64,000 bases of DNA from Bilabrum cf. latius (taxonomy: Eukaryota), in contig OZ237746.1 of NCBI GenBank assembly GCA_965178125.1, positions 744,001-808,000 on the forward strand. Direction: 5' to 3'. The notes beneath the pieces are model-generated. The model had not been told where the DNA came from and did not search any database. It saw nothing but the letters and a program-made list of their open reading frames with translations. Within the stretch, counting starts at the first letter, position 1; each line of letters opens with the position of its first letter. Positions 50,578-63,800 of the stretch are shown here, one piece after another. A program made the translations under genes and the position numbers.

Positions 50578-53500
50578 TCATGTCGTTCCCGCCTGCCCCT
50601 GCCCCTGCCCTTGCCCCTGCCCCTGCCCCTACCCCTGCCCCGGCCCCTGCCCCTGCCCCTGCTACTCCGGCTGCCCCGCTTGCGCCAGCATGCTCGGTAG
50701 AAGGCACGCGGCCAGCAGCCCGGCCCTGGGTGCAGCGGACTGCAGCGCAGCACGGAGGACCCGAGGCTCAGCCGCCGCTTTGGCCACGTTCTTCTGCGAC
50801 GTCTCGTACACCTAGAGAAGGTTCGCTGCGTTCTGCGAGCGAACCTTCTTGTCGGTCGACCACGGCACGTGCCTGACCTGCTGCAGAAACCCCTACCGCT
50901 TGCCGGTTGCAACCACCCGCTCCGCTGACGCCCACGCGGCCGCCACGGCGCCGGGGGCCAGGGGCAGGGGGCCCATGAGGGGGTGCCCATCGGGAGACGT
51001 CGCGCTCGTCACACCATCACTCGTCACACCCATACCGCTGGGCGAGGACGAAGCGCCGCTGGCACCGCCATCGTCACCGCCATCGGCCTGGACGTCGCCA
51101 AGCCGGAACTGCGGCAGGAGCAGCCCCGATTTGATGTGACGAGCGCCCTCCACGCGTGCCTTCTTCCGGCTTGGACCCTCTTCTTCCAATTCGTTCTGCG
51201 GCCGATGCTGCCCCGCCGCACCGAGGTGCATCGCACTGCCGCGGGGCTCCCATGCCTGCGCGTTGGCGTGCCACACCCACGTGCTCTTGGCGCCGTGCAG
51301 CGGCAGCGACCGGCGCACCAAACCGAAGCGCCCGGCCGCCGCCGCCGCCGCCCGGCGCCTCCAATCCACCATTGGACGGGGCACCGCCAGCCCGAGGTGA
51401 CGAGTGAGGCCGGCATCATCCCAGAGCTCCCTGCCTTCCGATCCGCCTGCCGAACCATCGCCGCCGAAGCCCCCTTCCCCCTACAACGCAACCAACGAAC
51501 CTTCCTCAGCGAACGTTCCGTTCCCTGTGCCGGTCCCTCCCACCCCCGCGCGCGCGTACACCCTGGCTTGTTCCCTGGCCTCCTGCAGCACCTCCTGCCC
51601 TAGCAGCCCCTGGGCCGCCCGGAGCCCGTGAGAGGCCCTCTGCGCCTTTCGCCACCTCGCCCTGGCTTTGGCCACCACGTCGGGGAGGGTGTGCGCGGGG
51701 AACAAGCGACAGAGGGGACACCTCCAGTCCCCCTCGGGGAGACCGTGCGCGGCCAGGTCGGGCGCGCAGTAGGTGTGCCACACGCAGGGGCACGAGTCGC
51801 ACAGCACCACGTTCCCGCCTGCGCTGCATCCCGCGCACACGGTGAAGTGACCGTCACCGTCCGTCTTCCACGCTTCCACCATGGCTTCGTGCGCCTTCTC
51901 CTCCGCATCATCATCATCGTCCTCGTCTTCCTCCCCACCTTCTTCTTTCTACTCGCCCTCACCGCCTGTACCCGCGGCTGCGCCCCCCATGCCCGATTCC
52001 GAGTCCGACTCGGATCCGAACTCGGAATCGGAAAGCGATCCGCTGTCGGACCTGGAACGTCTTTGGCCACCCCCTCCCATGCCCCTCCTCTCCCGATCCC
52101 TCTCTTTGACCACCTCGAGAAGCAGCTGCGAGTCTACCGTCTCACGGATCCGGTCCAGCCCCGGGACCGACCCTGCATGATCCTTGGAGCTTTCTTTTTT
52201 AGCGGTCTTCGCACCACCAGCGCCACTAGTTCCCCCACCGCTATTGTTCTCTTCCTCCTCCCTTTGCTTCCTCCTCCGCTGCAGCCTCCTGAGCCGCAAG
52301 CACCTGTCCGCCACCGCCTCGGCCTCCCCCCCCTCGTACTCCAGCAGGTCACTAGCCCGCGCATTCCCGTAGTAACACCCGGACACGATGGCGGCCACCC
52401 GGCCTGCATTCAGCGTACTGTGCTCCTCACAGGAACTGACGAACCAGCGGGCCGCCTCCACATCCAGGGGGGCGGGGCCCTCCCCTTCAGGCAGGGAAGC
52501 GGCCCAGCGCACCGCAGGGTCCTCGGAGAACACAACGAAGGCATTGCCCGCCTCCAGCTGTTCAACGGTCGACCGTTGTTCCCCAGACGCTACGGGGTCC
52601 ATGGGCAGCACCATCGTAGTGCCCAGCTGCCTGTGCTCCTCCCCGGCTTGTTCCCTGGCCCGCTACACCCCATCGCGGCGGGCCTTCCTCAAGTACTCGG
52701 AGCCCCAGGCGTACAGCCTTGTTCCCTGGAGACTGGGGCCCATGTAGGACCCGGTGCACCAGTTGTACACCCGCCTCAGGGAAGCGTCTTCGTCCTCACC
52801 GGCGAACACCCCATGCCTCCGCCCGCTCCTGGGGGGCAGGCGTCCCCTCCACCACCGGCCAGCAGCAACGGCGTACCCCCTCTTGACCACGGAGGGCAGG
52901 CACTCGAGTTCCTCCACCATGGTGGCCTGCGCCAGCCGCAGCCCCCTCTCGATGGATGCTCTCTCCCTCAGTGCCACGGGGTCCCCGTAGCCCAGGCCGG
53001 CGCACGCGCGCAGCATCTGGAGCTCCCGGCCAGCACGCGCACGACCCGGAGCCGAAACACCCCCGCTCACCTCACTCGTCACACCGATCCTCCCGAACCT
53101 GGCTCCCGGCCTGATCAGGTCCTCCCCGCTCTGCAGCAGCATCAGGGCAGCCTCCAGCACGTGCTTGGTCTCGCCCACGGCCCACCCCTCGTGCTGCCCC
53201 CTCGACTGCCTCAGCGCCTCTGGCGTGCTGCCCTGGGTCACGGCCTGCGCCACGTCGCTGATGAGGTCCAGCTGCTCTGCCCCGTCGCCCAGGGCACCCA
53301 GTGCAAGAGAGGCCTGCAGGGCGCACAGCCTACCGGGCTGCAATCCCCTCGAGCCCTTCTCGTGCACCGAAACTATGGCTCCGGATACCTCACGGAATCC
53401 GCCTGGCGAGGGAACCTTCCTGAACCACTCGTCACACAGCGCGCGGTAGGCCTTCATCTGGTACTCGGAGAGGAAGGCCAGCGCCGGGTCGGGCGTGCCG

Positions 53501-56500
53501 TGGTGCAGCCCGCACCTGAGCCTCCACTCGGCGTAAGATCGGCTGAGGAAGTACGACTGGGCCGTGGCGCTGCTTTGGCCACCCTCCACGGCCCGCGTGC
53601 TCCTGGACTGGGTCCCATCGCCCCCTAGCGCCCCGCCTGCACCGCCGCTGCTACCGCCGCTGCCGCCGCTCTAGCCACCGCCCCCGATGCCGCCAGCCGT
53701 GCGCCTGTGGTGCCTGCCCAGAGCAGCTGCAGCCCTGGCCGCCGCCCCGCTTTTGCCACCCCCTTCCCGCTTTGCCCGCCTCAGCTGCTCCTGCAGCAGC
53801 TTGTTCTTCCAGGCGTGCCCGATGGTGGATCCAACGCTGAACCCCATAGCCGCCACCTGAGCCCTGTACGCCTTGGGAAAAAAGAAAGCGGGCTGCAAGG
53901 GGTCCACGCTCCGGGCATCGAACCTGTGCTCCTGCTCGCTGAGAGGAAAATTCACCTGAATCCGGACCATGGGAGGATCGGCCGCGAGGATCCGGAGCGC
54001 GGTCTATGCCTCTGGGTGCTTGTCTTTGTCCACCTTCGGGGCCACTTGTTCCCTGCAATACCGCAGCCCATCCACCAGATACCCCAGGCACTTTTGCCTT
54101 AGCAGCCCGTCAAAATCAGCGGCTGCATCGGCCGGGTGCCTCCTTGAAGGCCCCAGGCACCTCTCGTTCGTCCTCCGGTCCTGCATGCCCGCCCTCCATC
54201 TCGTGCTGCTGTGGCTGTTCGTACCCCTGTACAGCTGCTGGGAAGGTGCCAGACCACTGACGTCGGGCCACACGCACATGGACCGGAAGACCCGCATGTG
54301 TTCGGGGGACCCGCCCGTGTGCAGCCGGTTGCCGCCTTGGCCACCCCTCGCTGCGGCCAGCTGGCAGGCGGCGGCGTATCTCTAGAGATCCGTTGAGTAC
54401 CGGATCGCCTCTTTGGCCACCCTGTCCACTCGGCTACCGGTGGAATCGGATGATGACGAGTGCCCGCTCTTGCTGCTGCTTCCCGCACCACCACCACCTG
54501 CCTCTGCCGGTGTCTCTGTCTCTGTCTCTTGCATGGGTGGCTAAGCAGGTGCCGATGAGGAAGACGAAGACGAAGACGAAGATGCCGAGGTTGCTACCGA
54601 TGGCGGTGAGGATGACGCCGCCGCAGCTGACCCATCCCCTGCACTCGGCTCCGAATCCCCCCTGCCTTCCTGCCCAGCCTCCATCAGCCTAGCCAGCACC
54701 TGGAACACAACGGACCTGCTTGTGTCCAGAGTGCCAGTCGCACCACCGTGGGATGCATTAGCCTGCGAAGAAACAGTCTTTGCTGCGGTGGGAACCCCGT
54801 TACCGTTGCCGGCCACAGATTGCGCGGCGCCATTCTATATTCCGCTGCCAACTCCACCGGCAGACACCATGGGCGTCTGCCCCGCGCCCGCCTCCCCCTT
54901 CCCGCTCGTCACACCACCCTCACTCGTCACACCCGCCAGCCTGGCCTTCAGCACGTTCCTCGCCCTCACGGACTCCCTAGGGCCCATCATGAGGGCGAGG
55001 GCGATTCCCTCGGGCACGGCCACCTGGCTATCCAGCAACGGTGGGGGGCCCGAGTCGCTGACGATGGCCGCGGGGGGGAGGCCTAAATGCCTCCACCGCC
55101 GGACAGTTTCGTCCAGCTGCTGGGAGGGCGCCCCGGAGGTGGTGCCCCCGCCCAGAGGGCCTGCCCCAGCCCCCCCGCCGCTGCGGCTGACTCGCGTGGC
55201 GGTCGCTCCGGCACCCGCACCGGCACCCGCCGATGAAGATGAAGATCGGCCGCCCGACGAGCGGTCGCGGTTCCGAGAATCGGAGCCTGTTCTCCCCCCG
55301 CCAGCCTTAAGCCCCACCCCCCTGAGAGGAGCCACGAACTGCCCGTGCCCCAGCTCCGTGTATAGGGGGGGTGCCCTGGCCGCCCGCGCCATCGACGGGA
55401 GGAGCGCAGGCGGCACTGCGGAACCTGGTTGCGCGGCGCCGGTTCCGCCGTCATCACCCTCCCCCGGTCGGAGAGCTCCCGCGGCCCGCAGCAGCCCCCG
55501 CAGCACGCTCGGTCCCAAAGGAAGGTTCACTGCGAACCTCAGGTCAGCCGCGGCCGTGACCACGTTCTTGCGGAGCGAGAACATCTTGCCGCCGATTGCA
55601 ACCGAATCGCGGGTTCCGACCACGCCCGCCGTGAAATCCATGGTGTTGGCGGGCCAGAGAGGCCGCAGGCACAGGGGTAGTGACGTCAGCGCCACGTCCG
55701 CGATCGGATCAAACGGGCGGATGTCGACTTGACCGGCGCCGGGTGGTGACCCTGCGGAACCAGAGCTGGAGGAGGACGATGAGGATGAGGACGATGACGA
55801 CGACGAGGACGACGATGCCGGTGGTCCTGCAGCTCCTCCAATTGCTTTCCCCTGCGGATCGCCACTACCGTGCCCTGCACCCGCCAGCGCCGCCTCTTTC
55901 TCAGCCTCTCGGAGCCGCAGCACCTTCGCCTGATAGGACTCCGGGTGGATCGCAATGGAGTTTGTGGCGAACGTTCTGTAGGGTCCGGGAACGACCGGTC
56001 TCCTGATTCCGGTTTGGGCGGGGTCCGACTGCCAGGGCGCCTTTGGCTCCACGAGGGGCGGCTGCGGGCGGGCAGGAGCCAGTGCCCCGGTGCCCTTGCC
56101 TCCGGCCATCTTGCCAGACAGCAGGTCCCTGCCTCTGTAGAAGCGGGTCATGCAGTCCGCCACCCACGCCGCCCGCGCCATCGATGTGAGCGTCCCGCGG
56201 ACGTGCCTCATCTTGCCGGCCAGCCAGAGGGCGGCTCTGAAGTTCGACCCGCTTCGGTTGAGCGTCACGCCGCGGAGCAGCTTCGGGAAAAACTTCCAGT
56301 CGGTGTGCTCCTTGCTGGCTCCGCGCTGGTCCAGCCAGTCGAGAATGACCGCGATCGAAGGCGGCGGCTGCGGGAACTCGCCCAGCTCGATGGGAGCATC
56401 GGTGTCAAGACTGTAGCAGAGCCGCCTGGATCGCTCCACGTCATCCGTTGATGGCCAGTTCACATCTTCCGCAAGTGCCTTGTCGTATTTCTCCTTCCAG

Positions 56501-56676
56501 TCGCGGCCGAAATGCTGCTACGCTTGGTACGCGGGAATGTAGTCCAGCTTTGGCACCCGTGGAACAGGCGGTTGGGCATTAGCAGGGGCCCCAGCTACCT
56601 CTGACTTAGCTGAAGACTATGTCTTGGCGCTCTTCGAGGATGCGGATGCTTCCACGGGAGCCTGCCCGGATGCCAT
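50578..56676 (-). CDS. Large PHD-finger protein (~2032 aa)
   Basis: One frame from ATG 56676 to TGA 50578 with about 15 in-frame TAG. C4HC3 motif CAGCSAGGNVVLCDSCPCVWHTYC...GDWRCPLC at about 51710-51840. (GQ)n tail. Confidence 0.85.
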
Positions 56677-56814
56677 GCTCGAGAGGCTCGGCAGCTGCGC
56701 AAAATGGCGATGCGATCCCGACGGGCCGAGGAGGTTGAGGAAGCGCGAAGGGTCAATGCGATCCAGTCATATGCTCAACAAGCAGTATAAAGAGAGTATT
56801 CTGTGCAGGCCGCG

Positions 56815-57558
56815 ATGAATGGCCGAGGCGGTACCCTGATGCCGGGGCGACGCTGCAGCGGCACCAGATTCCGGAAAGCGTCGCCCAGTGTTCGTGCAGC
56901 GGGTCCGCCGTCGCAACTCGGGAGGCAATCGAAGAACGGTTAGTACAATACGGGTAAAATTACAATCGGTCCTATGCCCAACTCACTAAGGTTGGGTCGT
57001 CTCCTTGTTGCCCTTACACGGGTCCCCGTGGTGAAGCTGCGGTCGTGGCAGGGCGAGAGCGAAGCAGCCTGATACACAGCAGATACAAGAGCGGGGGTGC
57101 CGACAATTGAAATGTATACGAGCAAATCATTCAAATCGTCGCCCAGTGCACGCAGGAGAGGCTTTGATTCGACCTCGTCGACACCGGTGATCGACGACGG
57201 GGATTCCCTCGATCCCCTCTGGCAGTGCGAGGTACGCAAGCACTGCATCTTCGCCCGCCAAGCACGCCAAATTTAGGAAAGATGCGATTTCAACATGAAG
57301 TACGGCCAATTGTCCCGGCACTGCAGGAGCCCTGCTACATCACACGCTGGGCCTGCGCCGCGATTCGATTCGCTGGCCGGCCCCTTGGCGACGGGGGCCA
57401 CTGGCAGACACTCACAGAAGTCGGGCGATCGATGGAGGCGATGGTATGGTATTAAATGCACCAGTGATGCGAATTCGATGAAACCGACGGTGCTTCCAGC
57501 TATATTGCTGCTGCGTCGGCGGGGTTTGTGTGCGCCGATGCGCACTGGAGAGTTGTGA
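56815..57558 (+). CDS. Small hypothetical protein (~199 aa); exons 56815-56938 and 57083-57558
   Basis: A GTTAGT...CTGAT...CAG intron removes an in-frame TGA and keeps phase. One in-frame TAG near 57274. No recognisable domain. Confidence 0.4.
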
Positions 57559-57709
57559 CCAATCCTGAAGATGAATGCATGAATGGTTTTCGGCTGCTAA
57601 CAGAACGCAACCATCAAGAATACGCGAAACCGCAAAAGACCTAACGCATCCTTTCTAACTAGCTGCAAGCAACGCAACCGACAGTCCAGTCCAATTCATC
57701 TAAATTTGT

Positions 57710-57805
57710 ACTCTCTACATAAAGGCCCACCCAACAGCCTGATTCACCTCCTTGCAGACTCTCTACATAAAGGCCCACCCAACGGTCTGATTCACCTCCT
57801 TGCAG
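57710..57805. repeat. 48-bp tandem duplication overlapping the stop codon and 3' end of the upstream minus-strand gene
   Basis: actctctacataaaggcccacccaac(a/g)g(c/t)ctgattcacctccttgcag occurs twice. Confidence 0.85.
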
Positions 57806-60800
57806 CCGTGCCACCCACCTCCTTCCCCTCCTTAATCAGCCGAGACAGACGCGCCTCGGCCCCCCGCAGCGCTCCGATCGCAGCCCCTTCCCATCGCCGG
57901 TGCAACGCGCAGCTGCCCCTCGACCGGAGGCAGCAGGCGGCCTGCATTTCCTGTCTGCAGCGGTCGTGGCAGGGGATCGTCACCCGCTCCACGGCGTCCA
58001 GCCCATCATCTTCATCTTCATCTTCATCTTCATCTTCATCTTCTTCTTCTTCTTCTTCATCATCTTCTTTGTCTTGTCCATCTTTGCCCCTATCGACGGC
58101 TGCAGCGCCTGCACTGCCGCTCGCCCCACCAGCTACAGCGCCTGCACTGCCGCTCGCCCCACCAGCTACAGCGCCTGCACTGCCGCTCGCCCCACCAGCT
58201 ACAGCGCCTGCACTGCCGCTCGCCCCACCAGCTACAGCGCCTGCACTGCCGCTCGCCCCACCAGCTACAGCGCCTGCACTGCCGCTCGCCCCACCAGCTA
58301 CAGCGCCTGCACTGCCGCTCGCCCCACCAGCTACAGCGCCTGCACTGCCGCTCGCCCCACCAGCTACAGCGCCTGCACTGCCGCTCGCCCCACCAGCTAC
58401 AGCGCCTGCACTGCCGCTCGCCCCACCAGCTACAGCGCCTGCACTGCCGCTCGCCACTGTGCCCGCCTCCTGCCCATCCCCCTCACTCGTCACACCGATC
58501 CCGGCGAGGAACAGCAGCGCGCGCCCCACGAGACCCAGGGCAGGCCCGTCCACCAGCTCCCGCGCCAGCGCCCACCGGCGGGCGCACCTGGATCCGCCGG
58601 CGGCCCAGAGACGTTTCGCGATGTTATCAGCTGATCCAGTCCTAGGGAACAACCCAGTCCTAGGGAACAACCCGGCATCGTCACTCGTCACACATGCAGC
58701 GAGCAGGGCGGGGGACCAGCCGCAGGGCCGCCGGGAGACACGCGACTAGTGGTCCGAGTTTCGGCTCCGAATCCCGAACGGGGCCCCGATCCATTCCTCC
58801 GCAACGGAACCAGCGCCGCGCAGCACAGATCGGTGCAAACCGTCTGCAACTCCCGCGGCCCTTCCAGAGGCGGAGGCTGATGCATCGGTGCCCTTGCCCC
58901 TGCCGCTGCCTCTGCCCCTTATCCTACCCCTGCCCCTACCACTCTCCATTCCCTATAAACTCCCATCCCCCAGTCCCACGCGAGCCGGAGACACGTTGAT
59001 TCCCAAACCGGAACCAGAGCCACTCGTCACACCCCTCATCGGGATCGACATCGGGAAGGGCTCCTCGGGCGCCTTCACCCTGCCCACCCTCCCCGCTATT
59101 TTGGCTCCGAATCGATCCGACCCCCAGGGCAGGCAGGCCTTCCGACAGGGAACAATCACGGGAGCCCCGGCCCATGATGCCGCCGCCAGCAGCCCCTCGT
59201 CCTCCTGCCCCTCCATACCCGATGATGCCTCGCCGATCCCCGATGATGCCTCGCCGATCCCCGATGGTGGCTCGTCCCTTGCCTTCGCTCCACCGTCACC
59301 GTCCTCCATCAGTGGCTGATTCTGCTTCTCCTCCTCCTGCGATCCTCCATTGTTCCCTGGGACCCACCCGTCGGTCAGGTCGTCCAGCAGCAGCAGGATG
59401 GAGCTCCGGGCGCATCGCACTGCGACCAGCACGTCAATCGCGGCCCCAAGCCTGTCAGCCTCCACATCGGCATCGGCATCGGCATCGCGCTCATGCGCTT
59501 GCGCATGCACAGAGCCATCGTGCTGCTTCTCCTGCTGCTTCTCCTGCCGCTGATGCTGCTGCCTCTCTACCATCGCTGCCGCCCCGATCGCACTCGTCAC
59601 ACCACTCATAGCCCCCGCTCCCTGCATCGCCGAGGAACCGCTCCCCTGTCCCGATAGTGCAGGCAAATCTGACAACGGTTCCCCAGATTGTTCCCCAGAT
59701 TGTTCCCCGGCCCCGTGCCTCCGCATCCTGGACCTCAAGACCTCTCGCGCGCATCGCACGCCGCAGTACCGTGACTATTCCCTCCTCGGCCGGTTGCAAC
59801 CGGGGCGCAGGCATGCCACGTTGTTCCCTGGGACAACCATCCCACCGTGTGCCCCCCCCTTCCGCAGGTGCCTCATGGGGACACCCTCCAGTTCACATTG
59901 CTCCTCCTCCTCCTCACCCCTGCCACTCCCCTCCATCGGCACCTGCGACCGTGATGATGACGAGTGCGATGATGACGAGTGCGATGAGGCAAGGGTCGCC
60001 TCCTGTTTCGACTAAACGACAGCCCCCCCCTAGCCCCTCGCGAGCTAGCCCCCCGTGTCGCATTCGTCACACCCAGCGGCGCCGGCCCCGGTTCTGGCGA
60101 TCGCTCGCGAGAACCAGTCGGGCTCGGCGCCGCGCATCGGGCGAGGCAAACCCTGGTGTGACGAGCGCGACTCGGGGTCGGCAGGGGCCAGCAGCATGGC
60201 CCTGCCCAAAGACGCGCGCCCCACCCTCCTTCCCATGCCCGCGCCCCACCAGACTGCTCCTGCGACTGCCACGGATGGTGGTGGTGATGATGATGATGAT
60301 GATGGTGCACCTATGGTACGAGGCACCAGCACGGGCATCCGGCCAGCAACACTCGTCACACGCAACGAGCCGTGGGTGAGCAACCGCGCAGCCGATCCCG
60401 CCCCGCCCCCCATCCCCACATCCACCGCCTGCTGGGGGATCGTCACCAGCTCACGCCAGGCCCGCACGGCTGGGCCCCGGCTGTACGGGCCCGCACCAAG
60501 CCGCTCCCGCCACGCCGCAATTGCCCGATTTCTGGCTCCGGTTCCCTCCCACAGGTCCCCCAAGAGATCGAGTTCCCTGATCCTACCGGCAGCATCATCG
60601 TCATCACCACCGTCGTCGTCACACCAGCTCCAAGGGGCCGGGTCTTGCCCAATGCCAGCCTCCGATCCACCTGTGGACTGAGCCGAGGCAGTGCCTTCGT
60701 TTGCCGCTGCTTTCGTGCGCTTGCCCTTGGCCTTGCCTTTCTTGCTGCCCTTCCCCTTGTCTTTCTTGCTACCCTCCTCCTCGCCCTTGCCCCTGCCCTG

Positions 60801-63800
60801 CTCCTCCTCCTCGTCCTCATGCATCCCCTTCGATTTGCTGCACATGCTGGCCAGCAGAAGCAGAACAGCGGGGCTGGCCAGGCTCAGCCGAGCGATGGCG
60901 CGGGCCGGCACAGACTGCCAACCACCCGCACTCGTCACACCGCCATCGGATCCCGCATGCACCTCGTGCGCTTGCTGTGACGACGAGAACACGTACTCCA
61001 GCACCAGCATCGGCCCCTGCTCCCCCCCACCTTTCCCGTCCCCCACGTTGCCCACGTCACCCCCCGCATCCACCCGCACCCGCGTCCCGTCCCCCCCCGT
61101 GCCCTTCCGCCGCAGCCCCCTCACGGCCTCCCTCGCCATCCACGCGGCCTCGCCCAGCGCCACTGGGAGCATCGTCCTCGGCTCGTAGTACCTGTAGGCT
61201 CCGAATCTGTTCCCTGGGAGGTTGTTCCCTGTACCCGGCTGTTCTGACATGCCAGAACCACTCTTATCGCGCTACACTGCATCTCCGTCGCCGCTGTTCC
61301 CCAGGGGGGGGCCCGACTGCAGCGGCGCAGTCGCGTGTGCTTCGTCCCGAATGCGGGCGTACGCGAGCAGCTCGGAAACCGTGGGACCCGGAGCCGGAAA
61401 TACCTCTCCCACACCGGGGCTCCTCTGCTAGCCCCCGCCGCTTTGACCACCCCCCTGCATCGCCGCCCCCATGGTCTGCATGCTGCCCACGCGCAGCAGC
61501 TGATCACCCTCGGAAGCGGCCGTGCTAGCCGCCCTGCTCGCCGCATCGTCCTCCATCGGCAACGAGCCCGAGCACGGTACTAGCGCCCCACGTGTGCCAG
61601 TGCTGGTACCCGTACCCGTACCTGTGCCGGTACTGAGGATCGGGAGTCGTTCGTTGGCGGAAATGAGCGGGGCAGCAAGTCCACCGGTGGATTGGGGCTG
61701 CGGCTGGTCACGCGCCCCGGCATGCGATTTCTTGGGGCTGCTAGTGGTGGGGCTGCCAGTGGTGGGGCCGGGAGGGCCGGTGGGGCCGCTCGCAGTACCT
61801 GATGGCCCGCCGTGCGCACCACCAGCATTGCCGATGCCGCTGCCGCTGTCGATGCCGCTGCTGCTGCTGCGACCAGATTTTGTTCCCAGAGACGTGGCTG
61901 CACCCGATCCACCGGTAGATATTTGCACTGGTGCTTCCGCCACCCGTGGAGCTTCAGCACCAGCACCAGCACCAGCACCAGCACCAGCACCCGCACCAGC
62001 AGCCCCAGCTCCCCGCAGCACCGCCCACAGCACCCTCGCGACAGCCCCCGGCTGCACCCACACCACCCCCTGGTCACGGAGCAGGGAACAAATCGGCTCC
62101 GAGTCCGTGTCCCACCCACAGGCCCGAAAGGCCTCCTCGGCCGCTGTAGCGGAGCACAGGCTCGCACCGAACATCCTGCAGCAGGACTCGAGTGCGGGAA
62201 GGGCCGTGCGGATGAGCCGGAGGCCAGCGGCATTGGCGGTGGAGACGTTCTTGGCCTTGCATGCCTGGACCAAAGCAGCCCAGGCGTCCCTCAGCCGGTC
62301 TCCCAGGCTGAGTGCAGCCAGCGAGGAGTTGTCCACCACCTGGTCCATGTGACGAATGCGGCGCAAGGAGATGCCGAAGGCGGCCAGAGCGCCGTGAAGC
62401 TGGCCGGGGCTGGGGCCTGTACCGGCGCCCGCTCCAGCAAGCCCCAAGGAGACATGGGCCGCCCCAGGCGCCCTGCCCCCCCTCGCGGCGACGACGGTGG
62501 GGGGGAGAGGGCCCGAGGTTGCAACCACCGATCCACCGGTTGCAACCTCGGCGCGCCCGTCCACTCCCGTCCGCACCACCCGCGGGCCCAGGCCGTCGAG
62601 GCCGGGCACGTCGCCCAGGATCGCCTAGTAGGCCCTGTCCGGGGATACCGGTGTGACGAGTGCGATGGGTGGGGACTGGGATGACTCGGAGCCGCTCCCG
62701 TGGTGGCGATCCAGCAAGGCTTGTAGCCGCTGTCGCACGGCCGCAGCTCTCTCCACAGAGCCGTTGAGTTCCATGAGATGCGGCTCTTTGGAATCTTGCT
62801 CTGAGGGGGGCTCCATGGGTCCACCGGTGGATTGGCTACTGCTGTTCCCTCCGACTGCCTGGCCCCCCGCAGCCGAAGCTCTCCCAGCAAGGAACCTGGA
62901 AATACCCCCCGGCTCTAGGATCCCCTGCAGCGACTCGAGCACACACCCGTCCGACCTGTCCAGCACCTGCCCCTGCAGCGCAGCGCCGGCCTCTGGCCTT
63001 CCCAGCATGGCCAGCTGGCTCTCGAGCTGCTCCGCGCGGGGACTGATCCGACCCAGGGGACGGTCCAGCCAGGGAACATGTGTTCCCTGGGGCGGGCCGA
63101 CCGCACTCGTCACACCGGCTGCCTCCATCTGCACGTGCGTGATGTCGAGCAGCCGGATGCGTCGCATGCCACCGCGCATGCGTGGTACGGTGCAGCGGCC
63201 CACCCGCTTGGCAATGGTTCGGACCAGGCTAGATGCCGCTCCGACGGAGATGACCGCGCGCGCCTGTGCGGTTCTGAAGCTGCCACCGTCCGCGCTTGGA
63301 TGCAGTACCATCCAGCACGCTCTCTCCAGGGAGTGCACCAGCGAACGTTCGCCCACGAGCACGTGCCCCGCCAGCTCCAGGTCCCCTGGGAGCACCTGGA
63401 AGGCTGCCTCCCACAGCCGGGGTGCGTGGGAGTCCAGGCCACTGGCACTGGCACTAGGACCCGGAGCCGATCCACCGGTGGATTCCGCCCCGGGGGTCCC
63501 CGCGGATCCGGATCCGGAATTGGATCCGGAGCCGGTGCCGATGCCGGTGCTGTGCTTTCCTGAGGGCCTCACAAGCAGCAGCAGCACCCGCGCCACAGAG
63601 TCCACCAGGATCTCCCGGACGCTTGCCCCCCCACGGGGTTCCGGTCTAGCGGCGGACAGAGTTGCAGCCAGACGATCCAGGTTGCCATGTGCGTGCGCAT
63701 TAGGCCCTCCCCCCGCATTAGGCCCTCCCCCCGCCTGCGCCTCACTGCTGTGCATCTCCATGGCCCGCATGAATAGATCCACCAGCTGCGACATCCTCGC

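Noticed and set aside
43030-53628. Long opposite-strand or alternate-frame ORFs (for example 51628-53628 +, 45287-46699 -, 43955-45235 -)
   Set aside because: They are shadows of GC-rich real genes and have no recognisable domains.
58005-58068. (tcttca)n/(tct)n tract
   Set aside because: It is an ordinary coding Asp/Glu run on the minus strand.
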